A stretch of 64,000 bases of DNA from Ferruginibacter sp. (GCA_019638635.1 JAHBTM010000006.1:4360-68359); one strand, 5' to 3'; shown: positions 38,103-47,687, numbered from the stretch's first letter. Notes: generated by a model from the letters alone, not told the origin. Numbers and translations are program-made.

Positions 38103-39743
38103 TTATAAAAATAATTTGGTGATAAAGTACGTGATGGTAGCCAGCACGGCACTCACCGGAATAGTTAATATCCACGCCCAAACCAGGTTGATGGTAACGC
38201 CCCAGCGTACCGCGCTCAGTCTTTTGGTAGCACCCACCCCAATGATGGAGCCGGTAATAGTATGTGTAGTAGAAACGGGTATTCCCATTTGTTCGGTCAT
38301 GAACAGCGTCATAGCTCCAGATGTTTCTGCGGCTACGCCTTCCAGTGGGGTAACCTTGGTTATTTTTGTACCCATGGTTTTAATAATCTTCCATCCACCA
38401 CTCATGGTACCCAATGCAATGGCTGAATAACAGGCCAATGGTATCCAGTTGGGCATTTCCTTAATATCTACCAGCATTCCTTCAGCCACCATAGCTGCGG
38501 CTATGATACCCATTACTTTTTGGGCATCGTTGCCCCCGTGTCCAATACTGAAAATGGCAGAAGATAACAGCTGAAGTTTCTTGAACATGCTACCGGTACG
38601 CAGGGCACTGGGTTTGCGCATTTTCTCCACATAAAAGAAACTCAGGATAAAGATCAGCGCTATTGCAGCTATGCCATACCGTAAGTAGCTGTTATCGGCG
38701 CGCGCAATTTGTTTTTCGATGTCTTTTCTAAGGCTGATTCCATTGATGGCGGAAAGCAACTGGCGGTAATCTGCCGCGTGCAATCCCATAATGTTTCCGA
38801 TACTATCAGCCAGTTTTGTATTATCCATCACCCCATATTGAGCATAGAGGTGTGTGGTTTTTTCCACCAGTGCAAACATACTGTCGGCCTGTGGTTTGAA
38901 TTCTGGTTTTTGATCGGCTTTTCGTTTCAGTCCTTCCAGCCGGAATGTAGTATTCATCACATCCCTCATTTCAGGTTCACCCATACCCACAAGATATCCT
39001 CTGGATTCAATTTCGTTTGCGATGGCTACAGCCCCTTTCTTGTTGTACTCTTTTGCCAGCACCACCGAACTGTCGTATCGCAATCGAGCAATTTCATATT
39101 GAGCTGTACGGGAAGGATCTTTTTTCAGTTTATCTATCTGATAAAACTTGGCAAGATTTTCTTTAATCTTTCCTTGTTGAAGATAGTTAAACACCATCCA
39201 CACACCTGCTGTTGCCACTACGATGATGGCGGTTTTTAGCCAGAATCGCCGGTTGATTATGACCAGCGTGAGGAACATGGACACCAGCATACCTATGAGT
39301 GGCGCCAGGAAGATGAACAGGATGATTTGCAGTACCTTTTTATCTTCAATAATTTGTGAGATGCCGATGAATCCTTTTTTATCAATAGCATGCGCAATAG
39401 CCGCCCCTGCGAAACCACCGATAAGGGTGTGTGAAGAAGAAGAGGGGATACCATACCACCAGGTGAGCAAATTCCACGCAATGGCAGCAATAAGGCCGGA
39501 AAATATTACCGGGAGGGTAATGAATTCAGATTTTACTGTTTTGGCAATGGTATTGGCAACGGCGTGGTCTTTAAAGATGAAGAAGGCCACAAAGTTGAAA
39601 AAGGCTGCCCAGGCAACGGCCTGAAATGGAGTAAGCACCTTAGTAGAAACCACCGTAGCGATGGAGTTGGCCGCATCATGAAACCCGTTGATATAATCAA
39701 ACACCAGGGCGAGGAATATGATAACAAGAAGCAGAGTAGACAT
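38103..39743 (-). CDS. PiT family inorganic phosphate transporter with a large internal insertion
   Basis: NGFHDAANSIAT, GIPSSSSH, GHGGNDAQK, GGWKIIKTMG, GIPVSTTH; 546 aa because of a ~200-aa insert. Confidence 0.93.
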   Translation of the reverse strand: MSTLLLVIIFLALVFDYINGFHDAANSIATVVSTKVLTPFQAVAWAAFFNFVAFFIFKDHAVANTIAKTVKSEFITLPVIFSGLIAAIAWNLLTWWYGIPSSSSHTLIGGFAGAAIAHAIDKKGFIGISQIIEDKKVLQIILFIFLAPLIGMLVSMFLTLVIINRRFWLKTAIIVVATAGVWMVFNYLQQGKIKENLAKFYQIDKLKKDPSRTAQYEIARLRYDSSVVLAKEYNKKGAVAIANEIESRGYLVGMGEPEMRDVMNTTFRLEGLKRKADQKPEFKPQADSMFALVEKTTHLYAQYGVMDNTKLADSIGNIMGLHAADYRQLLSAINGISLRKDIEKQIARADNSYLRYGIAAIALIFILSFFYVEKMRKPSALRTGSMFKKLQLLSSAIFSIGHGGNDAQKVMGIIAAAMVAEGMLVDIKEMPNWIPLACYSAIALGTMSGGWKIIKTMGTKITKVTPLEGVAAETSGAMTLFMTEQMGIPVSTTHTITGSIIGVGATKRLSAVRWGVTINLVWAWILTIPVSAVLATITYFITKLFL

Positions 39744-39779
39744 GTCAGCTGTTTATACTTGGTGATAATTTCATAACGA

Positions 39780-40427
39780 TTACGCGTACTTGATGATGAT
39801 GCTCTCAATCACGTTGGAGGCATCTTCACACTTATCAGTTACAATTTCCATCACCTGATATATTTCTCTTTTCTTGATTACTTCTTTGGCATCAGGTTCT
39901 GTAGCAAACAGTCGTTCAATACTCATATCAAAAATATCATCCGCCTGGTTTTCAATACTGTTGATGGCAACCAGTGCATCGGTAATCTGGCGCATGTTTT
40001 TCATATTGCGCAATTCCGTAACGGCTTTATGAACCTGTACGGTACCTTCCTGTATCAACTCGCCCATTTTACGAATGCCCGGATCATCCGGATTTACATG
40101 GTAGAAGTTGATTTTTTTAACGGATGCATATATATAATCCGCAATATCATCCAGAGCGGAGGCCAGGTAGTGAATATCTTCCCGGTCGAAGGGGGTAATG
40201 AAATTTTTTCCCAGTTCAGTAAAAATGGAATGCGTTAAATCATCATTTACGTGTTCCAGGTCATCTACCTCCTTAATCAGTTTAGCACGCTCCTCATAAC
40301 TGGGCTCGTTGATGATATCCACTACTTTATCGCCCATCTTCACCAACACTTCCGCCACATTCTCAAACAACGCAAAGAAAACCCTGTCTTTAGGTAAGAA
40401 AATCTTCAAAATGGAGTTCAATGACAT
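39780..40427 (-). CDS. DUF47 (PhoU-like) phosphate transport regulator
   Basis: LEHVNDDLTH..F.EL...FITPFDREDI..LASALDDIAD, ENQADD, TDKCED; standard partner of PiT. Confidence 0.95.
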   Translation of the reverse strand: MSLNSILKIFLPKDRVFFALFENVAEVLVKMGDKVVDIINEPSYEERAKLIKEVDDLEHVNDDLTHSIFTELGKNFITPFDREDIHYLASALDDIADYIYASVKKINFYHVNPDDPGIRKMGELIQEGTVQVHKAVTELRNMKNMRQITDALVAINSIENQADDIFDMSIERLFATEPDAKEVIKKREIYQVMEIVTDKCEDASNVIESIIIKYA

Positions 40428-40443
40428 ATCCCTAAAATTTCGG

Positions 40444-40451
40444 CAAAAATA
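40444..40451 (-). promoter_or_regulatory. -7 box TATTTTTG for the DUF47-pit operon
   Basis: Exact TAnnTTTG match 16 nt upstream of ATG 40427. Confidence 0.6.
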
Positions 40452-40489
40452 ACCATACTATATCCTGTTCGATTTGCACTTGAAATTGA

Positions 40490-40536
40490 TAACATTTACA
40501 TAATATTCGGGTAATCTTAATTTCTTATTAGTTTTG
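40490..40536 (+). promoter_or_regulatory. Putative Pho-box array plus -7 box upstream of the porin
   Basis: TAACATT (40490), TAATATT (40501), TAATCTT (40512) at exact 11-bp period, then TAGTTTTG (40529-40536). Confidence 0.65.
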
Positions 40537-40541
40537 CGCAC

Positions 40542-41846
40542 ATGAAAATCAAGCAGATATATCTGGTTGTTGGGTTTGTGCTGATTACATTGGGTGGTAA
40601 ATCCCAGTTTCTGATGGACATGGTTGATACTACCTCGGGTTTAGGCAAAGCGTTCATCTCCATGTATGAGAATTATGGTAAAATTCGTATTACCGGATAC
40701 ATGCAACCCCAGTTTCAGGTGGCTAAATCTAAGGGGGCACCCAGTTTCATAGGTGGTGATTTTGATCCGGGCGTGAATAACCGCTTCATGTTGCGGCGTG
40801 GACGTATCCGCTTCGATTATCTGCATTTCCCTAAAAAACTCAATGGCCCGTCTCTTCAATTCGCCTTTCAGTTTGATGGTACTGAACGTGGAGTAAATAT
40901 CCGTGATTTCTGGGGCCGTGTATTTGAGAACCGGTATCAGTTGTTTTCATTTACCATGGGCATGTTTGCCCGGCCGTTTAGTTATGAGGTGAATCGTTCA
41001 TCGGTTGACAGGGAAAGTCCGGAGCGCGGACGCCTCACCCAATTGCTGATGAAAACAGAACGCGATATGGGGATGATGCTTTCCTTTGATCCAAGAGTAG
41101 AAAAACATAAATGGAAGTATCTTAAAGTGGATGCGGGTTTGTTTAACGGACAAGGTTTAACCTCGCCAAGGGATTACGACAGCCATAAAGATTTTATTAT
41201 GCGTGTTGCCCATAAACCCCGCATGGTGAGTAAAAATCTGGCATTGAGCGGGGCCGTTTCATATTTGAACGGAGGGTTGGTACAAAATACGCCTTACATA
41301 TACTCAACCCACACGGTGAATGGTGTAAAACAGGTAAAGGTAGATTCAACTACAACCAACGTTGGCAAAATTGCACCCCGTGATTATTATGGCGCGGATG
41401 CACAGGTGAAATGGCACCACAAGGCAGGAGTAACCGAGCTCCGCATGGAATATGTAAATGGAAAACAAACAGCCTCCGACCTAACTTCAGAAACACCCAT
41501 CCGCCTATTTACGGATCGTGAAGGATATTACATCCGCAATTTCGATGGTGGTTTCTTTTATTTGTTGCACAACATCTTTAATAAACAGCATCAGGTAATA
41601 CTCAAGTACGACTGGTACGACCCCAACACCAGTGTACAAGGAAAAGAAATTTCGCAGGGCAATCATTTTACCGGAGCCGATGTACGCTTCTCCACCTTTG
41701 GTGCGGGTTATGTGTATTATGTGAATGACCACCTTAAAGTAACAGCCTGGTACGATCATGTTCGAAATGAAATCACCGAGCTTCCCGGTTTTACAGAAGA
41801 CATCAAAGACGATGTATTCACGCTTCGCTTACAGTTTGAGTTTTAA
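40542..41846 (+). CDS. Outer membrane porin (phosphate-selective OprO/P-like)
   Basis: Signal peptide, FMLRRGRIRFDY, RDFW, MFARPFSYE..RSS..RESPERGR, terminal LRLQFEF; Pho-locus context. Confidence 0.75.
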   Translation: MKIKQIYLVVGFVLITLGGKSQFLMDMVDTTSGLGKAFISMYENYGKIRITGYMQPQFQVAKSKGAPSFIGGDFDPGVNNRFMLRRGRIRFDYLHFPKKLNGPSLQFAFQFDGTERGVNIRDFWGRVFENRYQLFSFTMGMFARPFSYEVNRSSVDRESPERGRLTQLLMKTERDMGMMLSFDPRVEKHKWKYLKVDAGLFNGQGLTSPRDYDSHKDFIMRVAHKPRMVSKNLALSGAVSYLNGGLVQNTPYIYSTHTVNGVKQVKVDSTTTNVGKIAPRDYYGADAQVKWHHKAGVTELRMEYVNGKQTASDLTSETPIRLFTDREGYYIRNFDGGFFYLLHNIFNKQHQVILKYDWYDPNTSVQGKEISQGNHFTGADVRFSTFGAGYVYYVNDHLKVTAWYDHVRNEITELPGFTEDIKDDVFTLRLQFEF

Positions 41847-41850
41847 TGCG

Positions 41851-41901
41851 TAACATTCCCGAAACATTACCGTAACACTTGCTTAACGGATTGTTTACCT
41901 G
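41851..41901 (+). promoter_or_regulatory. Putative Pho-box array upstream of the TonB-dependent receptor
   Basis: TAACATT (41851), AAACATT (41862), TAACACT (41873), TAACGGA (41884), TTACCTG (41895) at exact 11-bp period. Confidence 0.7.
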
Positions 41902-41943
41902 CAGTTCATGCAGCTTGTGTCTCTTTGCATCAAATAAAGAGGC

Positions 41944-44760
41944 ATGAGATTTTTTACGTTTTTATTGTGTGTATTAATATCAGGTGTAACCTATGCACAA
42001 AATGGATTGGTTGAAGGCCAGGTAATAGATGAAAGAACAGGTTATCCAGTAGCCGGTGTTTCAATACAAGTTTCGGGTGAAAAAACACAATTTGTATCTA
42101 ATCAGGAAGGACGCTTTGGCTTTAATTTACCTGCCGGGAAATCATATTCCATTATATTTTCATCAGTAGGGTTTTCAACAAAAGCAATAGATGATGTGCA
42201 GGTTGAAAAGGATAAGGTAAGTAACCTAACTGTGGCGTTAGTAAGAAAAGCAAAGGATGAAGAGGCGGTGGTAGTAAGAGCCAGTGCACGACGCGAAACC
42301 GTGAATGCCATGATTGTTTTTCAAAAGAACACCAATACTGTAGCGCAGGTGGTATCCGCTGAGGCCATTAAAAGATCACCGGACAGAAATACCGGTGAGG
42401 TTTTGAAACGTGTTCCCGGAACCAGCGTACAAGAAGGAAAGTATTTGATTGTAAGAGGTTTGGCCGACCGTTACAATCAGGCCATGCTCAATGGTATTTT
42501 GTTGAGCAGTACTGAACCTGACCGTAAAACATTCAGCTTTGATTTGTTTCCATCTTCCATCATTGAAAACATCGTTATCAATAAAGCCTTTATTCCGGAA
42601 TTACCCGGAGAGTGGGCCGGTGGGTTGGTTCAGGTAAATACAAAAGATGTTCCGGGAAAAGGATTTATGAATTTCCAGATTGGCACCGGTTTTAACACGG
42701 CTACCATTGGAAATGATTTTTATTCGTATCGTGGAGGCAAAACCGACTTTCTGGGTTTTGATGATGGCACCAGAAGTATTCCGGGTGCATTACCGGTGAA
42801 ATCATCTTTCAATCAGTTATCAACACAACAGAAGACGGAATGGGGTAAGCAGTTTAAAAACATATGGACTGCCAATCCTCTGAACAACAGATTAGCCGGT
42901 GTGTTGAATCAGTCAGTGCAAATCAATGGCGGATTTAAAAAATCTCTTGGAAAAAACAATTCACTTTCTGCCTTACTGGGTGTGAATTACAACCGCAGCA
43001 ATCGTCGTTCCTCCTTCGTAAACCGCATTTACTCCATTCAGAATAATACAGCAGATATCAACTTTGATTACAATAACGAAAAGTATAGTACCGATATTCT
43101 TGCAGGTGCCATGGCGAACTTTACTTTACAGTTGGGGGTTAACCATAAAATTTCATTCAAGAACATCCTCAATGTAAATACTACAGATTACGCAACCATC
43201 AGAACCGGAAAAGATTTTGAGACAGATCCCATTGTGGGTGATAATATACGTGCCACTGAGTTAGCCTTTAAAGCCAATACTTTTTTCAATACGCAAATTG
43301 CCGGCGACCATTACATCAAGCCGTTGAAATCGAAATTGCATTGGTATGGAAGTTTCAACATTTTAGATCAGCATATACCTGACCAGCGACGCGTTCAATA
43401 CAATCAGCTCAATCCTAATGATCCCAATTCACCCTTTGCTTTGTTGGTCAGTTCTTCCAAAACATCACAAAAGAGCGGCAGCAGATACTTTGGTTTCTTA
43501 AGTGATTATAATTATACAATGGGGGTTAATCTTTCTCGCCCGTTTCAAATCGGGCAAAGGGTACATAACGTGAAAGCCGGATATTTCTTTCAGGTAAAAG
43601 ACCGGTTATTCGATAGCCGCCCGTTTGCAATTTATTTGCCCGTGGATAATCCTACCCTTCGTTTAATGGATCAGGCCAGTGTGTTTGCTCCCGAAAATTT
43701 TGGAAACGGATTTGATAACCTTTTTGCCTTCAACGAAATTTTTGATTATCGTTACCGGTATGTAGCTAACTCCATTTTGAATGCAGGATTCCTGCAGTTC
43801 GATCAGCCCGTTGGAGAAAAGACAAGAATTGTGTGGGGTGCAAGATTGGAACATTTCGATCAGGTTGTGGGCAGCATGGAGAAAAACGATCCCCGCCATG
43901 TGTATTCCAAAAAGAAGGATGTGTTACCGGGCATGAACCTTACCTACAAACTCAATAACAAAACCAACATTCGTGTTTCAGCATCGCAAACGGTGATTCG
44001 TCCAGAGTTCAGAGAATTGAGTGCATTTAGTTTTTATGATTTTGATTTAGGTGCTACGGTAACAGGTGAACCGAATCTTGTCCGCACCAAAGTAACGAAT
44101 GCGGATATACGCTACGAACTCTATCCGGCAGGTGGTGAAATGTTAACCATGGGGGTGTTCTATAAATATTTTAAAAATCCGATTGAATTGTTTTTTAATC
44201 AGTCGGGTGCAGGCAGCAGCAGCACATTCAACTACCTGAATGCTACAGAAGCCAGCAGTTATGGTGCCGAGCTGGAATTCAGGAAGAAACTGGATTTTAA
44301 TCAGGCGTTGAAAAACTTCACAGCGCATGGAAACGTATCGTACATCTACAACCGTATTCCCGGGTTAAACCGTCCCATGCAGGGGCAAAGTCCTTATCTT
44401 TTAAATCTGGGGTTACAATATGATTTACAAAAGCATGGATTGAGTACAACCGTGTTGTTTAACCAAATTGGAAGAAGAATTTATTATGTAGGAACTGCTT
44501 CAAACACAGGACAGGTAATCAGTGATAACTATCCACCGGTTTGGGAAGCACCCAGGGCTATACTCGATTTTCAGGTATCTAAAAAAATTATCCAAAACAA
44601 AGGTGAGTTGAGATTAAATGTATCAGACATACTCAATCAGAAAGCAAAATTCTATCACGATCTCAACGGAAATAAAAAATATGATAAGAAAGAAGATGCA
44701 CTCGCTATCAGAAGAATTTACGGCACCAATATTTCAATCTCATTCGCCTACGGGTTTTAA
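41944..44760 (+). CDS. TonB-dependent receptor
   Basis: Signal peptide, carboxypeptidase-regulatory-like N-domain, plug (LKRVPG, VRGLADRYN, DLFPS), barrel, terminal YGF. Confidence 0.95.
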   Translation: MRFFTFLLCVLISGVTYAQNGLVEGQVIDERTGYPVAGVSIQVSGEKTQFVSNQEGRFGFNLPAGKSYSIIFSSVGFSTKAIDDVQVEKDKVSNLTVALVRKAKDEEAVVVRASARRETVNAMIVFQKNTNTVAQVVSAEAIKRSPDRNTGEVLKRVPGTSVQEGKYLIVRGLADRYNQAMLNGILLSSTEPDRKTFSFDLFPSSIIENIVINKAFIPELPGEWAGGLVQVNTKDVPGKGFMNFQIGTGFNTATIGNDFYSYRGGKTDFLGFDDGTRSIPGALPVKSSFNQLSTQQKTEWGKQFKNIWTANPLNNRLAGVLNQSVQINGGFKKSLGKNNSLSALLGVNYNRSNRRSSFVNRIYSIQNNTADINFDYNNEKYSTDILAGAMANFTLQLGVNHKISFKNILNVNTTDYATIRTGKDFETDPIVGDNIRATELAFKANTFFNTQIAGDHYIKPLKSKLHWYGSFNILDQHIPDQRRVQYNQLNPNDPNSPFALLVSSSKTSQKSGSRYFGFLSDYNYTMGVNLSRPFQIGQRVHNVKAGYFFQVKDRLFDSRPFAIYLPVDNPTLRLMDQASVFAPENFGNGFDNLFAFNEIFDYRYRYVANSILNAGFLQFDQPVGEKTRIVWGARLEHFDQVVGSMEKNDPRHVYSKKKDVLPGMNLTYKLNNKTNIRVSASQTVIRPEFRELSAFSFYDFDLGATVTGEPNLVRTKVTNADIRYELYPAGGEMLTMGVFYKYFKNPIELFFNQSGAGSSSTFNYLNATEASSYGAELEFRKKLDFNQALKNFTAHGNVSYIYNRIPGLNRPMQGQSPYLLNLGLQYDLQKHGLSTTVLFNQIGRRIYYVGTASNTGQVISDNYPPVWEAPRAILDFQVSKKIIQNKGELRLNVSDILNQKAKFYHDLNGNKKYDKKEDALAIRRIYGTNISISFAYGF

Positions 44761-44788
44761 ATTTTAACATATAAAATAAGCATACAAC

Positions 44789-46201
44789 ATGAAAAAGGTA
44801 TTATTAGGGTTAGCCATTGTAACGGCCGTTTCGCTGCAATGCCGCAAAATTGAAGTAGATGGAGAGGGTGGTTCCAACATACCAACCGATCCCACCGAAA
44901 ATGTTATCTTAGAAGGAAGGATAACGGAGAACCGTACACTAAAAGCAAATTTTACATATAAACTGCGCGGACTGGTTTATGTTACAAATGGTGCCATCCT
45001 CACCATAGAACCCGGAACTAAAATTGTGGGGGAATCGGGAAGAAATGGCGGCCTCGTTATTACCCGCAGCAGCAAGATTATAGCTGATGGAACTCCTGAA
45101 AAACCTATTGTATTTACCTCTGAAGAATCTACACCAGCACGTGGCGACTGGGCCGGTGTGGTTATTCTGGGAAATGCTCCCACCAATGCCTCATTCAACG
45201 GTATTCAGGGGGTGGGTGAAATTGAAGGAGGAATCAATAACAGTGATGGTTTAGGTTTGTATGGAACGCCTATTACACAGCAACAAAACCCCGCAGACAA
45301 CAGCGGAATCCTGCGGTATGTTAGAATTGAATATGCAGGATATGCATTTTTACCCGACAAGGAAATCAACAGCTTAACGCTGGCCGGTGTGGGAAGTCAG
45401 ACTGTAATCAACCATGTGCAGGTATCGTATGCCAATGATGATGCTTTTGAATTCTTTGGTGGAACCGTGAACGCTTCACATCTCATTGCCTACAAAACAC
45501 TGGATGATGATTTCGACACCGACAATGGCTACAGCGGAAAAATTCAATTTGGTATTGTGTTGAGAGACAGCGCAGCAGCCGATATCAGTAAAGTGGAAGC
45601 ATTCGAAAGTGATAATGATGCCAATGGAAGTACTTTAACGCCATTAACCAAAGTGGTATTCAGCAATTTTACCGTACTGGGTCCGCGTGCAACCACCGCC
45701 AACACAGGGAACAATCTCTATCTCGCTGGTGCGCAAATCCGCAGAAATTCAAGCATGAATTTGTTTAATTCAATTATTGCAGGATGGCCAGTGGGTTTAT
45801 TGATTGATGGCAGTAAAGGTTCTCCAACAGATTTAAATATTACCGGCACGACACCCACATTATTTGTTCAAAATACAGTAATCTCCGGTTCTCCAGATGG
45901 ATATGCCGTTCGGTATGCGCCTAGTGCTTCTAATCCAACCGGTAGTACACATCAATCCATGCTAGACTGGTTCAATACACCATCGTACAATAACACCATT
46001 CTTGCAACCAACAGTGCATTAGGGTTAACCGATCCATTCAATTATAACAATCCTGATTTTAACCCGGTACCCAACGCTTTGGTGGCTACAGGAGCCAGTT
46101 TTACTCATCCGAATGTTGCCTCCGGTTTTACATCGGTGAGTTATCGTGGTGCTTGTGCGCCTGGAGATACGTGGTGGAAAAACTGGACCAGGTTCAATTA
46201 A
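44789..46201 (+). CDS. Surface lipoprotein, probable right-handed beta-helix
   Basis: Lipobox SLQ-C, DNSGILRYVRIEYAG, DDAFEFFGG, DDDFDTDNGY, FESDND acidic repeats; cotranscribed with the receptor. Confidence 0.8.
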   Translation: MKKVLLGLAIVTAVSLQCRKIEVDGEGGSNIPTDPTENVILEGRITENRTLKANFTYKLRGLVYVTNGAILTIEPGTKIVGESGRNGGLVITRSSKIIADGTPEKPIVFTSEESTPARGDWAGVVILGNAPTNASFNGIQGVGEIEGGINNSDGLGLYGTPITQQQNPADNSGILRYVRIEYAGYAFLPDKEINSLTLAGVGSQTVINHVQVSYANDDAFEFFGGTVNASHLIAYKTLDDDFDTDNGYSGKIQFGIVLRDSAAADISKVEAFESDNDANGSTLTPLTKVVFSNFTVLGPRATTANTGNNLYLAGAQIRRNSSMNLFNSIIAGWPVGLLIDGSKGSPTDLNITGTTPTLFVQNTVISGSPDGYAVRYAPSASNPTGSTHQSMLDWFNTPSYNNTILATNSALGLTDPFNYNNPDFNPVPNALVATGASFTHPNVASGFTSVSYRGACAPGDTWWKNWTRFN

Positions 46202-46232
46202 CAGCGTTCTCGTATTAGGTTTATATATATTC

Positions 46233-46266
46233 AATCCCCCTTCCTGTTCTCAGGAGGGGGTTTTTT
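46233..46266 (+). terminator. Intrinsic terminator after the lipoprotein gene
   Basis: CCCCCTTCCTG/CAGGAGGGGG stem followed by T6. Confidence 0.75.
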
Positions 46267-47323
46267 ATTCGGAGGCGCTGGCTTTTTTGGATAGTGTAAA
46301 TCCGAAGGTGGAACCCACATCTACTTTACTGCGTACATGAATGGTTTGTCCATGGGCTTCAATAATGTGTTTGCAAATAGACAAACCCAACCCGCTGCCA
46401 CCGGTTCGGCGCGCGCGCGCTTCATCGGTGCGGTAGAAACGTTCAAACAAACGCGAGAGCTGGTCTTCGGCAATACCAAAACCATTGTCGCTGATTTCGG
46501 TGAGTACCCGGTTGTCATCCAGATTGTAAAAACTGGCTTCAATAATGCCTTCCATTTTGCCGTATTTAATGGAGTTCTCTATCAGGTTGGTGATCACCTG
46601 TCTGATTTTTTCTTTGTCGGCATACACCGTAAGAGGAGATTCGCATCCCTTCTTAATAAAGGCTTTAATCTTTTTTTCCCGCAGATGTATATCTAATGAT
46701 TCAAACACTTCCAATACCAGATCCTGAATCACAAAATTTTTCTGATGCAGTTTTACCTGCCCGCTTTCCAGCGATGAAATTTCATCCAGGTCATCCAATA
46801 AATTTACCAACCGTTCTACATTCCTTGAAGTGTTTTGTAAAAACTTCGTGTTTACCTCATCGTTGTGTAATGCGCCGTTGAGTAGGGTTTCCACATAACC
46901 CTGAATGGCAAACACCGGAGTGCGCAGTTCATGTCCGAGGTTTTGAAGAAACTCTTTTCTGAATGCCTCATTCTTGCGTAAAATTTCTACTTCCTGTTTC
47001 TTTTGTTGTGCCCAGGATTCCACATCGGCACGAACTTCTTCTATGCCTTTTTGCGGCAACAGATTTTTATAATAAAACTCCTCTTTCTTACTCGCCTTGG
47101 TTTGGTAAATGAGTTTATAAATCAGTTTTATTTTACGGTAAATAAATGTTTGAAGCGTAAACAAAATCAATCCGTAACTGCCGGCAAAAATGACCATAAA
47201 AGACAACAGGGCAATCCACCAAACCGGTTTAAAAATAAAAATACCGGTGGCTATAGGCAGCGAAAGGATAAATGCGGTGAAGAGCGATAACTCCTGGGGA
47301 GTAAAACTTTTATTTCTGAACAT
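46265..47323 (-). CDS. phoR: PhoR-like sensor histidine kinase
   Basis: Two N-terminal TM helices with no periplasmic domain, NLGHELRTPVFAIQGYVETL, NLIENSIKYG, FERFYR, GGSGLGL; symbol assigned from context. Confidence 0.8.
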   Translation of the reverse strand: MFRNKSFTPQELSLFTAFILSLPIATGIFIFKPVWWIALLSFMVIFAGSYGLILFTLQTFIYRKIKLIYKLIYQTKASKKEEFYYKNLLPQKGIEEVRADVESWAQQKKQEVEILRKNEAFRKEFLQNLGHELRTPVFAIQGYVETLLNGALHNDEVNTKFLQNTSRNVERLVNLLDDLDEISSLESGQVKLHQKNFVIQDLVLEVFESLDIHLREKKIKAFIKKGCESPLTVYADKEKIRQVITNLIENSIKYGKMEGIIEASFYNLDDNRVLTEISDNGFGIAEDQLSRLFERFYRTDEARARRTGGSGLGLSICKHIIEAHGQTIHVRSKVDVGSTFGFTLSKKASASE

Positions 47324-47349
47324 GTACCGAAAAATTTCATATACATGCG

Positions 47350-47357
47350 CAAAGATA
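47350..47357 (-). promoter_or_regulatory. -7 box TATCTTTG for phoR
   Basis: Exact TAnnTTTG match upstream of the kinase gene. Confidence 0.6.
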
Positions 47358-47404
47358 CTTCATTTATACACACCGGCTTTTCCACCCCCATTTATACATA
47401 TGAC

Positions 47405-47562
47405 GAAATCATACGATTTCAACCCTGTAGGAGCATGTGCCATGAATTCAGGGGCTGTCACTATACTAACCACGGCTCAACATCAGTACCGGCCATATAT
47501 CGCAAGTCCGATTCCGAAAGCTTTCAGAATCCGGCAGACCTTCAGCAGCAGAATCAACAGGG
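47405..47562 (-). other. Structured non-coding stretch between phoB and phoR
   Basis: Hairpin GAUUCUGAA(AGCU)UUCGGAAUC at 47510-47531, extendable with G-U pairs on the - strand; second hairpin GAAATC/GATTTC at 47405-47420; CCCTGT/ACAGGG ends at 47423 and 47557. Confidence 0.35.
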
Positions 47563-47687
47563 CCCATCATATTTTCGTGTAGGCGTAATGGTTAATATCA
47601 ATGTTAGTGTAAGCAGGTAGATTCGGGCAATGGTACAAGCAAGCCTGTCTCAAAATCAGCGCCATATATGAATACCCGCTGATGGTA

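Noticed and set aside
47451-47460. GGGGCTGTCA resembling a tmRNA 5' end
   Set aside because: No matching acceptor stem or T-arm ending in CCA at the expected distance; that position would fall inside phoB.
47345-47620. 91-aa + strand ORF between phoR and phoB
   Set aside because: No recognisable motif, overlaps the phoR promoter in antisense, and has no clear promoter of its own; treated as spurious.
47480-47666. - strand frame with an internal TGA followed by a hydrophobic stretch (possible selenoprotein or fluoride-channel remnant)
   Set aside because: No SECIS-like context or FluC GxxGxxTTFS motif was seen.
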